Positions 59,547 through 64,000 of a stretch of 64,000 nucleotides of DNA are shown here, one piece after another (the first letter of the stretch is position 1; each line of letters opens with the position of its first letter). The position numbers were made by a program, and so were the translations under genes. Origin of the DNA: Tagaea sp. GTDB taxonomy: Bacteria > Pseudomonadota > Alphaproteobacteria > CACIAM-22H2. The notes below the pieces were generated by a model. That model was not told the DNA's origin. It worked only from the letters and a program-made list of their open reading frames with translations, and searched no databases. The stretch is from positions 768,001-832,000 of the forward strand of contig CBDIIB010000004.1 in NCBI GenBank assembly GCA_965279525.1, read 5' to 3'.

Positions 59547-60869
59547 ATGATCCCGCGCTATTCCCGCCCCCAGATGACCGCCATCTGGGAACCTGAATCC
59601 CGTTTCCGCATCTGGTTCGAGATCGAGGCCCACGCCTGCGACGCGCAGGCCATCCTCGGCGTGATCCCGAAGAAGGCCGCCAAGGAGATCTGGAAGAAGG
59701 GCAAGTGGGAGATCGACCGCATCGACGAGATCGAGCGCGAGACCAAGCACGACGTCATCGCGTTCCTGACCAACCTTGCCGAGCATGTCGGCCCCGCCGC
59801 GCGCTTCGTGCACCAAGGCATGACGTCGTCCGACGTGCTCGACACGACCTTCGCGGTCCAGCTCGTGCGCGCATCCGACATGCTGCTCGACGACATCGAC
59901 CGCGTGCTCGCGGCCCTCAAGAAGCGCGCGATGGAGCATAAATACACGCCGACGGTGGGACGCAGCCACGCCATCCATGCCGAGCCGGTCACGTTCGGGC
60001 TGAAGCTCGCGGGCTACCACGCCGAATTCCAGCGCAACCGCGCCCGCCTGGTCGCAGCGCGCGCCGAGATCGCGACCTGCGCCATTTCCGGGGCCGTCGG
60101 CACGTTCGCCAACATCGATCCGTTCGTCGAAGAATACGTGTCGAAGAAGCTGGGGCTGGTGCCCGAGACGGTATCGACGCAGGTGATTCCGCGCGACCGC
60201 CACGCGATGTTCTTCGCCACGCTTGGCGTTATCGCCGCGTCGATGGAGCGTTTCGCCATCGAGGTTCGCCACCTGCAGCGCACCGAACTGCGAGAAGCCG
60301 AGGAATATTTCAGCCCCGGGCAGAAGGGCTCGTCGGCGATGCCGCACAAGCGCAATCCGGTGCTGTCGGAGAACCTGACCGGACTTTCGCGCATCGTGCG
60401 CGCGGCGGTGGTCCCGGCGCTGGAGAACGTGGCGCTTTGGCACGAGCGGGACATCTCCCACTCGGCCGTCGAACGCGTGTTCGGGCCGGACGCCACGATC
60501 GCGCTGGATTTCGCGCTCAACCGCATGGCCGGGCTGATCGAGAAATGGACGATCTACCCCGAAGCCATGCAGGCCAATCTCGACCGGCTGGGCGGGCTCG
60601 TCCATTCCCAGCGCGTGCTGCTCGCACTCACGCAGGCCGGCATGGCCCGCGAGGACGCCTACCGCTTCGTCCAGTCGGCGGCGATGGAGATCTGGAAGGC
60701 CGGCGGGGGCGATTTCGCCGCACGCCTCAAGACCGACCCGGTGGTCAAGAAGCACCTGTCGGCAAAGCAGATCGACGCACTGTTCGATCTCGCCTACCAC
60801 ACCAAGCATGTCGACACGATCTTCCGCCGCGTGTTCGGCGCGCCGAAGAAGGCGAAGAAGCGCCGCTAG
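59547..60869 (+). CDS. purB: Adenylosuccinate lyase
   Basis: MIPRYSR, TKHDVIAF, GRSHAIHAEP, GSSAMPHKRNP, HERDISHS. Confidence 0.97.
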   Translation: MIPRYSRPQMTAIWEPESRFRIWFEIEAHACDAQAILGVIPKKAAKEIWKKGKWEIDRIDEIERETKHDVIAFLTNLAEHVGPAARFVHQGMTSSDVLDTTFAVQLVRASDMLLDDIDRVLAALKKRAMEHKYTPTVGRSHAIHAEPVTFGLKLAGYHAEFQRNRARLVAARAEIATCAISGAVGTFANIDPFVEEYVSKKLGLVPETVSTQVIPRDRHAMFFATLGVIAASMERFAIEVRHLQRTELREAEEYFSPGQKGSSAMPHKRNPVLSENLTGLSRIVRAAVVPALENVALWHERDISHSAVERVFGPDATIALDFALNRMAGLIEKWTIYPEAMQANLDRLGGLVHSQRVLLALTQAGMAREDAYRFVQSAAMEIWKAGGGDFAARLKTDPVVKKHLSAKQIDALFDLAYHTKHVDTIFRRVFGAPKKAKKRR

Positions 60870-61187
60870 CTAGCCCTGCTCCATGATCTGCTTCTTGGCG
60901 ACGGGAAGCAGGTGATCCATCTGGGCGCGCAGTTCGGCTTCGGTCATCGAGACGCCCTTGGCCTTGGCATCCGTCAGGATCTTCTCGACCACGTCGGAAT
61001 CGCCGGCCTTCTCGAAGTCGGACGAGACGACTTCCTTGGCATAGGCGTCCGCGTCGGCAATGCCGAGCTTGCCCGCGACCCACTGGCCGAGCAGCTTGTT
61101 GCGCCGCGCCATGACCTTGAACTGGAGTTCCTGGTCGTGCTTGAACTTGTTCTCGAAACCCTTTTGACGTTCGTCGAAACCGCTCAT
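60870..61187 (-). CDS. DUF1476 family protein (F1FO-ATPase zeta-subunit inhibitor)
   Basis: MSGFDERQKGFENKFKHDQELQFKVMARRNKLLGQW. Confidence 0.88.
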   Translation of the reverse strand: MSGFDERQKGFENKFKHDQELQFKVMARRNKLLGQWVAGKLGIADADAYAKEVVSSDFEKAGDSDVVEKILTDAKAKGVSMTEAELRAQMDHLLPVAKKQIMEQG

Positions 61188-61251
61188 GTCGATAGCCCCG
61201 TCGGTGAAAAAGACAGGGTGCGGTTATAGCGAGCCGGAACCCGCTTGTCAC

Positions 61252-61995
61252 ATGTGCACGGTTGTCATATTGCGCCGCCCCGGCCACGACTGGCCCCTGA
61301 TCCTGGGGGCCAATCGCGACGAGATGCGCGACCGGCCCTGGAAGCCCCCCGCCCGCCACTGGCCGGACCGGCCGGACGTGGTCGCGGGGCTGGACGAACT
61401 TGCCGGCGGATCGTGGATGGGGCTCAACGACCAGGGCGTGGTGGCGGCCATCCTCAACCGGCGCGGCTCGCTGGGCCCGGCCGACGGCAAGCGGACGCGC
61501 GGCGAACTGGTGCTCGACGCGCTCGACCATGCCGATGCGGCCGACGCGGCCAAGGCATTCGGCGCACTTGCGGGCGAATCCTACCGGCCCTTCAACATGG
61601 TGATCGCCGACGACCGCGACGCCTACTGGCTGAAATCGCTCGGCTCGGGCCGCGTGCAGGTCGAAACGCTGCCGCCCGGCGTGTCGATGGTCACGGCCTA
61701 TGACCGCAACGACATGACTTCGGCGCGCATCGCCGCGAACCTGCCAAAGTTCGAAGCGGCTTCGCCGCCCGATCCGGACCGCGACGACTGGAAGGGCTGG
61801 GAAACGCTGTTGGCGAGCCGCGAAGGCGACGGCGAGGCGCGCATGAACGTGGCGCTGCCGTCGGGCTTCGGCACCTCGTCGTCGAGCCTGCTGGCCCTGC
61901 CCGACCGCAGCCGCGAGAGCGAGCGGCGCGCGGTCTGGCGCTTTGCCGCCGGGCCCCCCGATTCGCACCCTTACAACGCCGTGAAAACCCGCTAA
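61252..61995 (+). CDS. NRDE/TANGO2 family protein
   Basis: MCT..., ANRDE, GGSWMG, RGELV. Confidence 0.9.
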   Translation: MCTVVILRRPGHDWPLILGANRDEMRDRPWKPPARHWPDRPDVVAGLDELAGGSWMGLNDQGVVAAILNRRGSLGPADGKRTRGELVLDALDHADAADAAKAFGALAGESYRPFNMVIADDRDAYWLKSLGSGRVQVETLPPGVSMVTAYDRNDMTSARIAANLPKFEAASPPDPDRDDWKGWETLLASREGDGEARMNVALPSGFGTSSSSLLALPDRSRESERRAVWRFAAGPPDSHPYNAVKTR

Positions 61996-62139
61996 TCCAG
62001 AGGCTTAAGGGCGCATTGCGAGGGGGTGCGCGCTGGGCTATACAAGCCTCTCTTTTCCGCCCCGCCGCGCCTGTCAAAACCGATGGCGCGGCGCGACTTT
62101 TCGGGGCGGAACCCACCCCATCGACGCCAGGGGGCGCCA

Positions 62140-62907
62140 TTGTCCCGCCGCAAGCAGCTCTACGAAGGCAAGGCCAAGATCCTGTTCGAAGGCCCCGAGC
62201 CCGGCACCATCGTCCAGTACTTCAAGGACGACGCCACGGCCTTCAACAACAAGAAGAAGGGCGTCATCACCGGCAAGGGCGTGCTCAACAACCGCATCTC
62301 GGAATTCCTGATGATGCGGCTGGAAGAGATGGGCGTTCCCACGCACTTCATCCGCCGTCTCAACATGCGCGAGCAGCTCGTGCGCGAGGTCGAGATCATT
62401 CCGCTGGAAGTGATCGTGCGCAATGTCGCGGCCGGCTCGTTCAGCACGCGCTTCGGCGTGGCCGAGGGCCAGGCCCTGCCCCGCTCGATCGTCGAGTACT
62501 GCTACAAGAACGACGAACTCGGCGACCCGATGGTGTCCGAAGAGCACATCACCGCGTTCGGCTGGGCCGACACGCGCGATCTCGACGACATCATGGCGCT
62601 GGCACTGCGCATCAACGACTACCTCTCGGGCCTGTTCCTGGGCGTGGGCATCAAGCTCATCGACTTCAAGCTCGAGTTCGGCCGCCACTGGAACGAGCAC
62701 GAGGAGATGCGCATCATCCTCGCCGACGAGATCAGCCCGGACAGCTGCCGACTGTGGGACATCAAGACCAACGAGAAGATGGACAAGGACCGCTTCCGGC
62801 GCGATCTCGGCAATGTCGAGGAAGCCTACCAGGAAGTGGCGCGGCGCCTGGGCATCCTGCCCGAGGGCGGACCGCGCGACCACAAGGGTACCGGCACGCT
62901 TCAGTGA
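62140..62907 (+). CDS. purC: SAICAR synthase
   Basis: [49 protein letters not shown]; TTG start inferred. Confidence 0.96.
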   Translation: MSRRKQLYEGKAKILFEGPEPGTIVQYFKDDATAFNNKKKGVITGKGVLNNRISEFLMMRLEEMGVPTHFIRRLNMREQLVREVEIIPLEVIVRNVAAGSFSTRFGVAEGQALPRSIVEYCYKNDELGDPMVSEEHITAFGWADTRDLDDIMALALRINDYLSGLFLGVGIKLIDFKLEFGRHWNEHEEMRIILADEISPDSCRLWDIKTNEKMDKDRFRRDLGNVEEAYQEVARRLGILPEGGPRDHKGTGTLQ

Positions 62908-62920
62908 GGATCGAAACGAA

Positions 62921-63163
62921 ATGAAGGCGAAGATCCACGTCACCCTCAAGAACGGCGTCCTCGACGTGCAGGGCAAGGCCGTTGCGGCGGGCCTCGCCGG
63001 CCTCGGCTTCGCCGGCATCGGCGACGTGCGCGTCGGGCGCTATGTCGAGATCGAGCTCGCCGCCAAGGACCGCGCTTCGGCGGAAGCGAGCGTCAAGCAG
63101 ATGTGCGACAAGCTCCTCGCCAACACCGTGATCGAGAACTACCGCATCGAGATCGCGGAGTAG
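62921..63163 (+). CDS. purS: FGAM synthase subunit PurS
   Basis: VTLKNGVLD.QGKAV, KLLANTVIE.Y. Confidence 0.94.
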   Translation: MKAKIHVTLKNGVLDVQGKAVAAGLAGLGFAGIGDVRVGRYVEIELAAKDRASAEASVKQMCDKLLANTVIENYRIEIAE

Positions 63164-63170
63164 CGGCAAG

Positions 63171-63881
63171 ATGAAATCCGCGATCGTCGTCTTCCCCGGT
63201 TCCAATCGCGAGAACGACGCGGCCGACGCGATCGAGCGCGCCTCGGGCAAGCGTCCTTCCATCGTCTGGCACAAGGACAGCGAGCTGCCGTCGAAGCTCG
63301 ACCTGATCGTGCTGCCCGGCGGCTTCGCTTACGGCGACTATCTGCGCTGCGGTGCCATGGCGGCGCGCAGCCCGATCATGCGCGAGGTGATCGCGCGCGC
63401 CGACAAGGGCACGGCTGTCGTCGGCGTGTGCAACGGCTTCCAGATCCTGTGCGAGGCGGGCCTGCTGCCGGGCGTGCTGCTGTCCAACGCCGGCCTCAAG
63501 TTCATCTGCCGCGACGTCCACCTGAAAGTCGCCAACAGCCAGACGATGTTCACGAACCGCTACTCGACCAGCGACGTGATCCGCTTTCCGGTGGCGCACC
63601 ACGACGGCAACTACTTCGCCGACGCGGATACGCTGAAGCGCATCGAGGATGGCGACCAGGTCGCCTTCCGCTACTGCACGCCCGACGGCGAGACCAGTGC
63701 TGCCGGCAACCCCAACGGGTCGCTTGCCAACATCGCCGGCGTGTTCAACGCCACCAAGACCGTAATGGGGCTGATGCCGCATCCCGAGAACGCCACCGAC
63801 CCGGCCACGGCCGGCGCACTCGGCGGTTCGCTCGACGGCACGCCGATGTTCGACGCCATCGTGGACGCGCTCTCGAAATGA
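63171..63881 (+). CDS. purQ: FGAM synthase subunit PurQ
   Basis: FPGSN, PGGFAYGDYLRCG, GVCNGFQIL, NPNGS, MPHPE. Confidence 0.96.
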   Translation: MKSAIVVFPGSNRENDAADAIERASGKRPSIVWHKDSELPSKLDLIVLPGGFAYGDYLRCGAMAARSPIMREVIARADKGTAVVGVCNGFQILCEAGLLPGVLLSNAGLKFICRDVHLKVANSQTMFTNRYSTSDVIRFPVAHHDGNYFADADTLKRIEDGDQVAFRYCTPDGETSAAGNPNGSLANIAGVFNATKTVMGLMPHPENATDPATAGALGGSLDGTPMFDAIVDALSK

Positions 63882-64000
63882 AAACCAAGACGAAGAAGAA
63901 ATCCTGGCAGCAGCCCAACGACCTGATGGGCCTCGCCCCGGACGAGTACGATCTTGCCTGCAACATCATGGGGCGCGTGCCCTCCTACACCGAGCTTGGC
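63878..64000 (+). CDS. purL: FGAM synthase subunit PurL (5' partial)
   Basis: ATGA overlap with purQ; MKTK...GLAPDEY...MGRVPSYTELG matches the PurL N-terminus. Confidence 0.85.
   Translation, partial: MKTKTKKKSWQQPNDLMGLAPDEYDLACNIMGRVPSYTELG

Noticed and set aside
1-64000. CRISPR array, rRNA or IS transposase
   Set aside because: No regularly spaced direct repeats, cas genes, rRNA-like segments or transposase motifs seen; nearly all sequence is accounted for by the listed genes.

Overview
GC-rich, gene-dense chromosomal window from an alphaproteobacterium (DUF1476/zeta-subunit gene, map-radC-purB...purC-purS-purQ-purL order). Left to right it holds: a Tat-exported Cys-type formate dehydrogenase locus with maturation genes (fdhA partial, small Tat peptide, Cro/YdaS-HTH::TorD chaperone fusion, DUF3306/DUF3305, mobA, fdhD, polyferredoxin, moaA); NAD kinase and PPK2; a peptide ABC transporter with two binding proteins plus amide hydrolases (MlrC/M81, ArgE, AstE/AspA-like); SDR, acyl-CoA ligase and thioesterase genes; a pentapeptide-repeat protein; a degenerate AtuA pair; ABC-F; a peptidoglycan remodelling trio (mepA, ycbK, ycbB); kup with a CatB/Vat-like acetyltransferase; a rhomboid followed by an orphan DNA-methyltransferase-like gene; a candidate three-hairpin sRNA; a membrane-anchored pseudokinase with a partner membrane protein; rimO; an MCP; a REP/MITE-like palindrome; tRNA-Leu(TAA); a three-subunit (split-beta) cobalt nitrile hydratase/thiocyanate hydrolase-like operon; and purine genes. 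I saw no CRISPR array, prophage or transposase. All calls come from motif recognition by eye, with no database searches. Start codons were refined manually and are approximate where stated.
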